Shown piece by piece: positions 55,969-64,000 of a DNA stretch of 64,000 nucleotides. A model generated the notes under the pieces. It had not been told where the DNA came from. It saw only the letters and a program-made list of their open reading frames with translations, and did not search any database. The stretch spans positions 1,432,188 to 1,496,187 of the forward strand of contig CAWGSZ010000009.1 in NCBI GenBank assembly GCA_963825295.1, given 5' to 3'. The position numbers were made by a program, and so were the translations under genes. The first letter of the stretch is position 1. Each line of letters opens with the position of its first letter. Origin of the DNA: Vicinamibacterales bacterium. GTDB taxonomy: Bacteria > Acidobacteriota > Vicinamibacteria > Vicinamibacterales > JAMQPK01.

Positions 55969-56853
55969 CTACTCCAGGGGCTCGCACATCAGCAGCGCGA
56001 AATCGCCGATCGTGGCGAAGCCAAGCCTGTCGTACACGCGCCGGGCGGCGCGGTTGTGGTCGCCGGTGAACAGGACGAGTCGCCGCAGCCCGTGCACCCG
56101 CACCGCATCGGCCATCAGCGTCGTCATGGTTGTGGTGGACAGGCCGCGGCCTCGCCGTTCCGGCATGGTGTACACACCGCCGACCTGTCCGATGTGTTTG
56201 TAAAGGGCGTTGAGTCCCGCGGTCGCCGAAAGGCGATCATCTTCAAAGTATCCCCACCATCTTCCTGCTCGCGTGGAGTCTTCGAAGAGCGTCTTCCGTT
56301 CGGCCGGCGTCCCGTGCCGCGGCAGCCCTTCCTGCTGGGAGAACGCGTCGTTCAGCGCGTCCCACTGGTCGAAGTCTTCCGGTCGCAGTCGTCTCACCTG
56401 GGGCATCGCCTCATGTGAAACATCGGCCTCGGTGAGATCGCGCGCTTGAAGGATTTCCTTGCACGCGTAGATTTCCTTGAACGAAGGGCGCTCGCGCAGG
56501 ATGGACCAGATGGCGTCGGCGAGCGTCCATTCGCCGAGCACGCCGCCGATGGGTCGCGGCTCGTTGAGGCACGCCTCGACGATCGCGCGCGCGTATTCCG
56601 TGCGGCCGCCCGCCTCGGCGAGGATCGGCGTCCGGCGCGTCAGGCAGAACACGGCGCGGACGTCGCCGTCGTGTTCGATGAGTTTGAAGTCGCCCGAATT
56701 GAGCGCCTCTCCCATCCGCGGGCCGCTGGTGGCCAGGATGCTGAGGAGGAACATCGATGTGTCGGCGTGCTGTTCCAGGAAGCGGCGGACGATCGGCAGG
56801 TTCTCTTCGTCGACGGCGCGCACGCGCGGGGGTTCGGCCATGACGCCGGCCAT
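55969..56853 (-). CDS. GNAT-family N-acetyltransferase (two-domain)
   Basis: C-terminal acetyl-CoA motif VGGVYTMPERRGRGLSTTTMTTLM...RLVLFTGDHNRAARRVYDRLGF. Confidence 0.8.
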   Translation of the reverse strand: MAGVMAEPPRVRAVDEENLPIVRRFLEQHADTSMFLLSILATSGPRMGEALNSGDFKLIEHDGDVRAVFCLTRRTPILAEAGGRTEYARAIVEACLNEPRPIGGVLGEWTLADAIWSILRERPSFKEIYACKEILQARDLTEADVSHEAMPQVRRLRPEDFDQWDALNDAFSQQEGLPRHGTPAERKTLFEDSTRAGRWWGYFEDDRLSATAGLNALYKHIGQVGGVYTMPERRGRGLSTTTMTTLMADAVRVHGLRRLVLFTGDHNRAARRVYDRLGFATIGDFALLMCEPLE

Positions 56854-56911
56854 TCTACCGCCATGCTAAACTTCACAATCTCCAGCGGTTTCCGGCTTCC
56901 GCGGGATCGGT

Positions 56912-56988
56912 CGGGGCGTAGCGCAGCCTGGTAGCGCACCTGCCTTGGGCGCAGGGGGTCGCTGGTTCGAATCCAGTCGCCCCGACCA
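56912..56988 (+). tRNA. tRNA-Pro (anticodon UGG)
   Basis: Manual cloverleaf: acceptor CGGGGCG/CGCCCCG (C1:G72), D arm GCGC-AGCCTGGTA-GCGC, anticodon arm CCTGC-CTTGGGC-GCAGG (TGG, G37), variable loop GGGTC, T arm GCTGG-TTCGAAT-CCAGT, discriminator A, encoded CCA. Confidence 0.9.
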
Positions 56989-57109
56989 CTTTGCTCCAAG
57001 AACTTGCAATTTCCTTAGCTAACTGCCGAGTTCAACAACACGGACCTTCCTCAGGGATTCCCGCGAAATCACGAAGCCCACCGTTCGCGTGTGGGATGCA
57101 CCCAATAGG

Positions 57110-57138
57110 TTGACAACCAACAGGTTGAGGTGTAGTTT
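57110..57138 (+). promoter_or_regulatory. sigma70-like promoter TTGACA-17-TAGTTT with CAACC-N4-GGTTG palindrome in the spacer (candidate PadR operator)
   Basis: TTGACA at 57110-57115 and TAGTTT at 57133-57138. The ATG at 57147 lies only 8 nt after the -10 box, implying a leaderless or near-leaderless transcript. Palindrome at 57114-57127. Confidence 0.45.
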
Positions 57139-57146
57139 TCCAACAT

Positions 57147-57494
57147 ATGACGCCCGACAAGAGCGACGTCCTCTACGGCACTCTCGGCCTGATGGTCATC
57201 AAGACTCTGGAGGCGCTGGGTCCGCTGCATGGGTATCGGATTGCCAGGCGCATCGAACAGATCAGCGGCGATCAGCTGGCGCTCAATCAGGGCACTCTGT
57301 ACCCCGCGCTGCTGAAGCTGGAGCAGATGGGATGGATTTCGTCCAAATGGGGCGAGTCCGAGAGCGGCCGGCGTGTGAAGATCTACACACTGACACGCGC
57401 AGGCCGCAAGCAGCTCCACAGGGAAGAAGCGCAGTGGCAGCGTTCGGCGAGTATCGTCGAACGCTTCCTGAAGATTACAGAGGACCCGTCATGA
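57147..57494 (+). CDS. PadR-family transcriptional regulator (acidobacterial type)
   Basis: LYGTLGLMVIKTLEALGPLHGYRIARRIEQISGDQLALNQGTLYPALLKLEQMGWISSKWGESESGRRVKIYTLT. Confidence 0.9.
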   Translation: MTPDKSDVLYGTLGLMVIKTLEALGPLHGYRIARRIEQISGDQLALNQGTLYPALLKLEQMGWISSKWGESESGRRVKIYTLTRAGRKQLHREEAQWQRSASIVERFLKITEDPS

Positions 57495-60196
57495 CACGCC
57501 TGCGGACGTTTGTGTTTCGTCTGTGGGCCCTCCTTGGTTCTCGGCAGATGGATCGCGACATCGACGACGAGATCGCCAGCCATCTTGCCGAAGCGACGGA
57601 GGAATACATCCGGCAAGGCCTTTCCCCCGAAGAGGCGCGTCGCGCCGCTCAACGCCGTTTCGGGGGCGTGACGCAGACGACGGAGGTCTATCGAGAAGTC
57701 CGGTCATTCACGTGGCCGGAGGATCTGCGGCGTGACCTGCGGCATGCGCTCCGCACGCTCCGGCGCGCTCCCGCATTCACGGCCGTGGCGCTTCTGACGC
57801 TGGCGCTCGGGATCGGCGCAAACACGGCGATTTTCTCGATTGTCAACGGCGTCCTGTTGCGTCCGCTCGATTACCCCAAACCCGAGCAGTTGATGTCCGT
57901 GACCACACAGTTCGCCGAGCTCGGCCTGCCGCAATTCCCGTTATCGGCGCCCGAATACCTGGAACTTCGCGAGGTCAACCAGTCATTTGCCGTGATGGGG
58001 GCGTTTTCGACGGGCCAGGGCGAGGTGAATCTGACTGCCCCCGGCGGAGCTCGGCACGTGCGTAACGCGAACGTCGACGAACATCTGCTCGACGCGCTCG
58101 GCCTGCAGGCTGCCCAGGGGCGGCTGTTCGCCCGCGGAGAAACCGACAGGCTCAGTAATGCGCCGCCAGGACAACAATTGCCACCGATCGTTATTCTCTC
58201 GCACGAGTTGTGGCAATCCGCGTTTGCAGGACAGCCGATGATCGGGAAAACGGTGGAAGTGAACAGCCGGCGTCGCGAAGTGATCGGCGTCATGCCGCCT
58301 GGCGCCGACGTCTTGGATATCCGGCCAGAGATCTGGTTGCCGCTGGGGTTGAACCCGTCCAACCGCGGGAATCGCGCCGCTCACTCCCTGCGGGTGATCG
58401 GCCGCTTGAAAAACGACGTCACACCTGAGGCAGCCCAGATGGAATTGACGACGTTCAACGAACAGTGGGGCGAGCGTGTCGGCGTCAGCGATCACATGTT
58501 CGCTCCCAACACCGGTCATACTCTGCAAATGGCACCGCTCCACGATCAGATCGTGAGCGGTGCCAGCCGGGCGATCTGGATGCTTCAGGCGACCGCCGGA
58601 CTGGTGCTGCTGATCGCCTGTGCCAATCTAGCGAATCTCCTGCTGGCGAGGGCGGCAATACGCCGTCGTGAATCCGCGGTGTGCACGGCCCTCGGTGCGA
58701 GCCGGCGCCGTCTCCTGCGGCAGTTCATGACCGAAGGCGCACTGCTGTCGATCGCAGGCAGCGCACTGGGGGTGTGGCTCGCCCATGTAGGTCTGCGCAC
58801 ACTCGCACAGGTGTACCCCGCGGCGATGCCTCGATCGACCGAGGTCAGCGTCGATCTGCCCGTGCTGCTGTTTGCCTGCGGCGTCGCTATCGCCACCACC
58901 ATGTTCTTCGGACTGGCGCAGCTTCGGCACATCGGCGTGAAGGATCTCCGCGTCACGCTCACCGACGCCGGCAGCAAAGGCGCCAGCGGCGGGACACGCC
59001 GTCACATCCGCCGCGGCCTGGTGATGGCCGAAGTCGCAGTGGCCGTCGTCCTCGTGATCGGCGCGGGCCTGCTCATACGCACCGTCTACAATCTCGCGAA
59101 CGTCGACTTGGGATTCAATCGGTCGCGCCTGGTGACGTTCTCTATCTACTTGCCGGAAAGTACCTATGCCACGTCGAGGATTCGAGTGCAGACGTTTCAG
59201 CGTCTGCTGGACGCGCTCCGTCCCCTCCCTGGTATGGAGGCGGCGACGGCCATGTCAGGCCTGCCGCCGAATCGGCCGCCCCTCACGGTCAATACACCGG
59301 TCGCCGATACCACGGCGCCGTTGGTGGGGCCGTTCCCTGTCGTTGATTATTATCAGTACGTGATGCCCGACTATTTCAAGACGATGGGCATCCCGATCGT
59401 ACGCGGGCGCAGTTTTCAGCCAACGGATGCCACATCCTCGGGGCCTGTAGCCATCGTGAACGAGAAGTTCGCCGAGACGTTCTGGAAAGGGCGAGACCCA
59501 ATCGGGCAGCGCGTAAAACCGGGCAACGATCAGCTGCCGTGGTTCACCGTCGTGGGAGTGGCGAAGGATGTCAAGCAGCGGGGCGTTGATCAGGAAACAG
59601 GAACCGAGCTTTACCTGTCAGCTCCGCAGATCGCTGTAGTGCAGGAGCTTGGGATGGTGCCACTCAACCACATTGTGTTGCGCACGCCCCTTCCTGCAGC
59701 GGCATTGTCGCAGTCCGTTGCGCGCGTGGTCCATGAAATGGACCCGGCTGTCCCAGCCATGCGCCTTCGCGATATGGAGACCGTCGTTGCTGAATCCATC
59801 CAGCGACCTCGCTTCCTGGCGCAACTCCTTGGGCTGTTTGCCGGCCTTGCCCTGCTGCTCGCCGCCCTGGGGACGTATGGAGTCTTGTCCTCCCTCGTTG
59901 CGGAGCGCCGCCACGAGATCAGCATTCGCATGGCGCTCGGCGCAGATCGCTCCAGCGTGCTCGTCCTCGTCATGAGGGAGGGCCTTCTCCTCACGGCTAT
60001 CGGTGTTGTGGTTGGACTCGCGGGGGCCTTCGGTCTGAACCGGCTGATCGCGTCGCTGTTGTTCGGTGTGGGCCCAACAGATGTGCCCACGGTTGCTGGC
60101 GTGACTGCCACGATGATCCTCGTGGCCGCGGTCGCATGTATGCTGCCAGCCTGGCGAGCGTCGAGACTCGATCCGAACGCGGTGTTGAGAATATAG
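57491..60196 (+). CDS. ADOP-family duplicated FtsX/MacB-like ABC permease
   Basis: ATGA overlap with padR. Conserved N-terminus ..DDEIASHLAEATEEYIRQGLSPEEARRAAQRRFGGV...E..R.., followed by two MacB_PCD plus FtsX-like 4-TM modules. 901 aa. Confidence 0.9.
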   Translation: MTRLRTFVFRLWALLGSRQMDRDIDDEIASHLAEATEEYIRQGLSPEEARRAAQRRFGGVTQTTEVYREVRSFTWPEDLRRDLRHALRTLRRAPAFTAVALLTLALGIGANTAIFSIVNGVLLRPLDYPKPEQLMSVTTQFAELGLPQFPLSAPEYLELREVNQSFAVMGAFSTGQGEVNLTAPGGARHVRNANVDEHLLDALGLQAAQGRLFARGETDRLSNAPPGQQLPPIVILSHELWQSAFAGQPMIGKTVEVNSRRREVIGVMPPGADVLDIRPEIWLPLGLNPSNRGNRAAHSLRVIGRLKNDVTPEAAQMELTTFNEQWGERVGVSDHMFAPNTGHTLQMAPLHDQIVSGASRAIWMLQATAGLVLLIACANLANLLLARAAIRRRESAVCTALGASRRRLLRQFMTEGALLSIAGSALGVWLAHVGLRTLAQVYPAAMPRSTEVSVDLPVLLFACGVAIATTMFFGLAQLRHIGVKDLRVTLTDAGSKGASGGTRRHIRRGLVMAEVAVAVVLVIGAGLLIRTVYNLANVDLGFNRSRLVTFSIYLPESTYATSRIRVQTFQRLLDALRPLPGMEAATAMSGLPPNRPPLTVNTPVADTTAPLVGPFPVVDYYQYVMPDYFKTMGIPIVRGRSFQPTDATSSGPVAIVNEKFAETFWKGRDPIGQRVKPGNDQLPWFTVVGVAKDVKQRGVDQETGTELYLSAPQIAVVQELGMVPLNHIVLRTPLPAAALSQSVARVVHEMDPAVPAMRLRDMETVVAESIQRPRFLAQLLGLFAGLALLLAALGTYGVLSSLVAERRHEISIRMALGADRSSVLVLVMREGLLLTAIGVVVGLAGAFGLNRLIASLLFGVGPTDVPTVAGVTATMILVAAVACMLPAWRASRLDPNAVLRI

Positions 60197-60199
60197 GGG

Positions 60200-60220
60200 C
60201 GAATCCAGTCGCCCCGACCA
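60200..60220 (+). repeat. direct repeat identical to the tRNA-Pro 3' end (att-like)
   Basis: CGAATCCAGTCGCCCCGACCA is identical to 56968-56988 at 21 of 21 positions. It begins 4 nt after the ADOP stop codon. Confidence 0.85.
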
Positions 60221-60254
60221 GTATCAACCGGGGCACCCTGAGCGAAGTCGAAGG

Positions 60255-60267
60255 GTCGCCCCGACCA
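60255..60267 (+). repeat. second, shorter copy of the tRNA-Pro 3' end
   Basis: GTCGCCCCGACCA is identical to 56976-56988 at 13 of 13 positions. The upstream 14 nt weakly resemble the T arm. Confidence 0.5.
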
Positions 60268-60430
60268 TTTTCGATATTTTCCTGGGCAATTCCTCTGATT
60301 CCGTCATTCGCCAACGACGGATTTCGCCCACCGATACTCACGAAAACCCGTAAAGGGGATCACAAAAGGGATCACAACGGCGGCACCGGCGAGTTGACTT
60401 TTTCGTCCGTCGAGTGCAAAAGGTAGAGTC

Positions 60431-60706
60431 ATGTTCGAAGTTCGCCTTCGGTTCCCCTTTCCTCATGCTGACAAGCAGCACCAAGTGACAGAGTTATCTC
60501 TTACCGAGATTGCTGACCTTCAACCCTTCTGGGAAGCGAATGATGGTGAACCTCTGGAGGAATACAGATGGGAGACCGGGTCGCGTGATGACGCGGAACG
60601 TATGGCCGGTCGCCTCAGGAATCTCCGCTACAAGTTGCCGGATCGACCGGAGTCGCTTCCTCCTCACGTAGAGGTGGTGGAGGTAGACTCAGGCCCGCAG
60701 ATCTGA
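60431..60706 (+). CDS. hypothetical protein (91 aa) in lower-GC patch
   Basis: An ORF with an ATG and plausible composition, but only a weak RBS and no recognisable family. Confidence 0.35.
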   Translation: MFEVRLRFPFPHADKQHQVTELSLTEIADLQPFWEANDGEPLEEYRWETGSRDDAERMAGRLRNLRYKLPDRPESLPPHVEVVEVDSGPQI

Positions 60707-60762
60707 GAACGACGTTCGCCAAAACCTACCTTGCGCGCGTGCGCCTCACCCCGCTACTCTTC

Positions 60763-60924
60763 CCGCCGCGCCAGCGAGAGCGCCTCGTCGCGAGACTGCG
60801 CGTCCATGATCGCATAGCCGCCGACAATCTCCTTGGACTCGGCCAACGGCCCGTCCATCACGGTGATCTTGCCGCCCGCGGGCCTCACACGCGTCCAGGC
60901 GGACGAGGGCTGGAGCCCGGCGCC
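60763..60924 (-). pseudogene. internal fragment of a YciI-like gene (paralog of 61519-61893)
   Basis: About 160 nt align with 61609-61770 at roughly 85-90 percent identity by eye (..GAGLQPSS..TRVR...GKITVMDGP.AESKEIVGGYAIMDA.SR.EALSLARR). Both ends of the gene are missing. Confidence 0.7.
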
Positions 60925-61048
60925 ACGATGACAGCAGCGGGGCGGCAGTGGCGACGAGCAGCGCTTTTCTGAATTGGTTTTCCGCAACGAGGCGCATGCC
61001 AGAGCCCTTACAAAACTTCCAAACCGAAGCGTCGCGACGGGCAGGCCA

Positions 61049-61273
61049 TTAGGCTTGGTCCTCTTCCTCGATGCTTTCTAGGGCGTCCGTGACCTTCTCG
61101 ATGTCTTGCTCCGCCTCATTGAGCTTCCGGTGCGACTCCAAAAGTGGTTCTTCTTTGGCTTCTGCAAGGGTAGTAGCGACATCGTCAAGGTCGGCAATCA
61201 CAGCGTCCAGCCTTTTCGAAAGGGTGGGCTCACGCTCATCAGCATCGGCTTTCGTGCCGGAATCGGATTTCAT
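61049..61273 (-). CDS. small acidic helical hypothetical protein (74 aa)
   Basis: GGAGGGG lies upstream of the ATG at 61273. Coiled-coil-like acidic sequence, no family recognised. Confidence 0.45.
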   Translation of the reverse strand: MKSDSGTKADADEREPTLSKRLDAVIADLDDVATTLAEAKEEPLLESHRKLNEAEQDIEKVTDALESIEEEDQA

Positions 61274-61518
61274 ATGGCCCCTCCGCACCCAGTCTAACAA
61301 TATTCAGAAGGCGGACCGTGTAAACAACTCGCAACTTTTAGCTCCAGCAATTTGGATTCGGAGGACTCTTGCGAGAAGAGTTCTGTCGGGTTACGCGCGT
61401 CGACGAGCCACGACACCTGAAGGCGAGTCACATCAAGCCGTGGCGAGAAGCGACGGACGCCGAGAATGCGCTTCCCCCACCATAGCGTGAGGTTCGCTTC
61501 ACTTGTTGTTCTTTAAAG

Positions 61519-61893
61519 CTACGCTTCCGGCTGCGCCTCCTCCTCGAGCGGGCGCATCTCGCACTCCCCCTCGAACGTCGGCCAGTGCTTCAGGTGGATC
61601 TCCATGAAACGCCGCGCCAGCGAGAGCGCCTCTTCGCGCGACTTCGCGTCCATGATCGCGTAGCCGCCGACAATCTCCTTGGACTCGGCAAACGGCCCGT
61701 CCATCACGGTGATCTTGCCGCTGGACAGCCTCACACGCGTTCCGGTAGACGAGGGCTGAAGACCGGCGCCGGTGATGAAATTGCCGCTCTTCGTCGTTTC
61801 CTCGATGAACTTGCCCATCTCCTCGTACAGACTCGCAGGAACCTGGACATTCCGGTAGTCCTCGGTGTGTTTGATGAACATCATGTAGCGCAT
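61519..61893 (-). CDS. YciI-family protein
   Basis: AGGAGGAG lies upstream of the ATG at 61893. MRYMMFIKH...VMDGPFAESKEIVGGYAIMDAKSREEALSLARRF is typical of YCII-related domains. Confidence 0.85.
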   Translation of the reverse strand: MRYMMFIKHTEDYRNVQVPASLYEEMGKFIEETTKSGNFITGAGLQPSSTGTRVRLSSGKITVMDGPFAESKEIVGGYAIMDAKSREEALSLARRFMEIHLKHWPTFEGECEMRPLEEEAQPEA

Positions 61894-61967
61894 GAGTCGT
61901 GATCTCCTCCTATCCTGACGTCGATCGGGGCGGGCCGAAATCGACACTCCGCCTAATTTGAAAGCCC

Positions 61968-61994
61968 GGACAGGCCTAAAGGCCCTGTGCCACC
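61968..61994. repeat. REP-like hairpin GGACAGGCCTAAAGGCCCTGTGCCACC
   Basis: Same family and same flanking GTGCCACC word as 31871-31895 and 62769-62792. Confidence 0.5.
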
Positions 61995-62113
61995 GATGAG
62001 GGGTAGGGCTTTGACTATTCCTCTCTCAGCGCTGTGTTCGGGTGCTGGCGACCCAGAGTAGTTGAATCTTTCAGAGGAACCAAAATCGCCCATATCATCA
62101 GCCATCCATACTC

Positions 62114-62716
62114 ATGGCACCGATCGTCCCCGATTCACGAACCATCAAGGCCTTCCCTACTCGAGCGGCGCTCGAACGCTGGATGCGGAAGAACCACGCA
62201 CGCGAGACGGAACTCTGGCTGAAGATCTACAAGAAGGGCTCCGGAGCCGCGACCGTGAGTATCACCGACGCGCTCGACGTGGCGCTCTGCTGGGGATGGA
62301 TCGACGGCATCCGCAAGGCCTTCGACGAGCAGTCGTTTCTGCAGCGCTACACGCCGCGGCGGCAGAAGAGCATCTGGAGTCAGATCAACCGGACGCATGT
62401 CGCACGGTTGACGGCGGCCGGCCGGATGACCGAACACGGTCAGCGGCAGGTTGACGCGGCGAAGGCTGACGGCCGCTGGGACAGCGCGTATGCGCCGATC
62501 CGCAGCACGACAAAAGAGACCATTCCCGCCGATCTGCGCGCGGCCATCGAGGCGAGCCCACGGGCACGCAGGACATTCCGGAAGCTCGGGCGCATGAACC
62601 TTTTCGCGCTGGCATTTCGCACCAACAACATGAAGACCGCTGCCGGCCGCGCAAGAAAGATCGCGTCGCTCGTCGCCATGCTGGAACGCGGCGAGACGAT
62701 CGTGCCCGAGCGCTGA
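62114..62716 (+). CDS. YdeI/OmpD-associated family protein
   Basis: ..F.TRAALERWMRKNHARETELWLKIYKKGSG...ITDALDVALCWGWIDGIRK..D...FLQRYTPRR..S.WSQIN.. is typical of the family. Confidence 0.8.
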   Translation: MAPIVPDSRTIKAFPTRAALERWMRKNHARETELWLKIYKKGSGAATVSITDALDVALCWGWIDGIRKAFDEQSFLQRYTPRRQKSIWSQINRTHVARLTAAGRMTEHGQRQVDAAKADGRWDSAYAPIRSTTKETIPADLRAAIEASPRARRTFRKLGRMNLFALAFRTNNMKTAAGRARKIASLVAMLERGETIVPER

Positions 62717-62752
62717 CACGTAACGAACGTCATTCACAATCGGTCCCGTATG

Positions 62753-62816
62753 GTCCGGCTAAAGCCGGACAGGCCTAAAGGCCTGTGCCACCGGAGAGGC
62801 AGGGCTAAAGCCCTGC
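62753..62816. repeat. cluster of three REP-like hairpins
   Basis: GTCCGGCTAAAGCCGGAC (62753-62770), ACAGGCCTAAAGGCCTGT (62769-62786), GCAGGGCTAAAGCCCTGC (62799-62816). Confidence 0.75.
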
Positions 62817-62837
62817 GCTACCGGTAAGGCTCGTGCG

Positions 62838-64000
62838 CTACCCCTGAGCTGCACGCGCAGGCACGTGGCGGCGGACGAGCGCGAGCGAGATGACGGTGAC
62901 GGACATCGCCGCGGCGACGACGGTGAAGAAGCCGCGGCTGCCGTCTGTATCGAGCGCCCACGCCCCGGCGTAGCTGCTGAGAATCGCGCCGAGCCGGCCG
63001 ATGCCGGCCGCGCTGCCCACACCGGTCGATCGCAGCGCCGTCGGATACACGTGCGCCGCCAGCGCATACAGCGTCGTCTGGACGGCATTGATCAGTCCGC
63101 CCGTCAACGCCAGCATCACCACGATCGGCAACGTCGCGCTGTCCGCGCCGATCGTCATCCCTCGCATGACGATCGCCGACACCAGCGCGCCCACCGCCAT
63201 CGCGATCATCGTGATGCGCGAGCCGATGCGCGCGATCGCCAGCGAGCCCGCGATGGCCCCCACGACTCCACCCAGATTGAACGTGGTGATGCCGAGGTTC
63301 GCCAGCGATCCGAGCCCCGCGCCCGAGAGCATCGACGGCACCCACGTGAAGCCGAGGTACACGGCCAGCAGACACGAGACATACGCTCCCCATAACGCGA
63401 GCGTGTCGCCCAGATAGGGTGGCTTCAAAACAGTGACGGCCGATGGACGATCGACCTGCGCGTCAGCGGTGTCGATGACACCCGTCGCCGAATCGAGGGG
63501 ATGCCCCATGCGCCGGAGCGTGGCGATTAGCTCCGGGCGCCGGCTGGGATGCCGCGCGAGAAATCGAGGCGATTCGGGAAGAAGCCAGAAGAGGAGCGCC
63601 GCCGCCGCAAACGGCACAGCGCCACCCAATGCGAACAGTCCCCTCCACCCGACGAGGGGAAGCGCGCGCTCGGCGAAGAGCCCGGCCAGCATGGCGCCAA
63701 GGGGCACACAAACAATGGTCAAGGTGACCGCAAACGGCCGATGGCGGCGTGGAACGAACTCCGATGAAAGCGTCGCGGCACACGGAATCGCGCCACCAAG
63801 TCCGATGCCGACGAGCAACCGCAGTGTGCCGAGCGCCGCAATGCTGTTCACGAACGACGCGGCGATCGTCATCGTGCCGAAGAGCAGCATACTCGCGATG
63901 AGCGCGCCACGCCGGCCCGATCGATCGGCCACGACGCCGGCCAGGCCCGCGCCGATGAGCATGCCGACGAAGCCGAGCGCGCCGACGCTGGCAAACGCAG
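62838..64000 (-). CDS. MFS transporter, aromatic acid:H+ symporter (AAHS)-like; N-terminus beyond window end
   Basis: ..ADRSGRR.., ..LPESPRFL.., and a 12-TM MFS pattern. The open frame continues past 63962 to the window edge. Confidence 0.85.
   Translation of the reverse strand, partial: AFASVGALGFVGMLIGAGLAGVVADRSGRRGALIASMLLFGTMTIAASFVNSIAALGTLRLLVGIGLGGAIPCAATLSSEFVPRRHRPFAVTLTIVCVPLGAMLAGLFAERALPLVGWRGLFALGGAVPFAAAALLFWLLPESPRFLARHPSRRPELIATLRRMGHPLDSATGVIDTADAQVDRPSAVTVLKPPYLGDTLALWGAYVSCLLAVYLGFTWVPSMLSGAGLGSLANLGITTFNLGGVVGAIAGSLAIARIGSRITMIAMAVGALVSAIVMRGMTIGADSATLPIVVMLALTGGLINAVQTTLYALAAHVYPTALRSTGVGSAAGIGRLGAILSSYAGAWALDTDGSRGFFTVVAAAMSVTVISLALVRRHVPARAAQG

Noticed and set aside
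60136-60426. ORFs spanning the att-like repeats (60136-60426 plus strand, 59997-60341 minus strand).
   Set aside because: They cross the ADOP stop codon and the tRNA-end repeats, lack RBS sites, and have non-protein-like composition.

Overview
GC-rich chromosomal window (GC judged by eye, not computed), most consistent with an Acidobacteria-type soil bacterium. The taxon call rests on a PadR plus ADOP duplicated FtsX-permease pair, a DUF1592/DUF1552 pair, and many Sec/Tat-exported proteins of unknown function. I call about 60 protein genes and one tRNA-Pro(UGG).

Recognisable content:
- Repair: a Prim-Pol/LigC-like pair and a second ATP-dependent ligase.
- Regulation: a GAF-GAF sigma54 activator, an ECF sigma/anti-sigma module, and marR-yceI.
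- Envelope and transport: an MFP-RND-TolC efflux operon.
- A DUF1592(heme c)-DUF1552-ankyrin operon and a beta-propeller/dihaem cytochrome c/FmdB operon.
- Housekeeping: rluA-like, guaB, an amidase, rph-rdgB and map.
- Other: an IDO-family gene and a GNAT.

I could not recognise a canonical defence system, CRISPR array, transposase, integrase or prophage. Things worth a second look:
1. A padR-ADOP cassette lies exactly between tRNA-Pro and a 21-nt direct copy of the tRNA 3' end, with no integrase. It is followed by a lower-GC patch containing a fragment of a yciI-like paralog.
2. Several families of short word repeats occur throughout: REP-like GGCTKMAGCC hairpins, GATGGAC/GATCGAC heptamers, GGTTCGTCG and GAGTCCGAA 9-mers, and ATGGCAG hairpins. 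They populate intergenic junctions and are also inserted in-frame into coding regions.
3. Nine frame breaks in conserved genes, guaB included, each need exactly one base to be skipped. This points to insertion-type consensus errors rather than true pseudogenes.
4. Several exported or unknown-function operons are the best candidates for undescribed biology: an OMP plus a Tyr-rich secreted protein, a membrane-anchored protein with kinase-like motifs, and DUF1592-DUF1552-ankyrin. For these I have only motif-level evidence.
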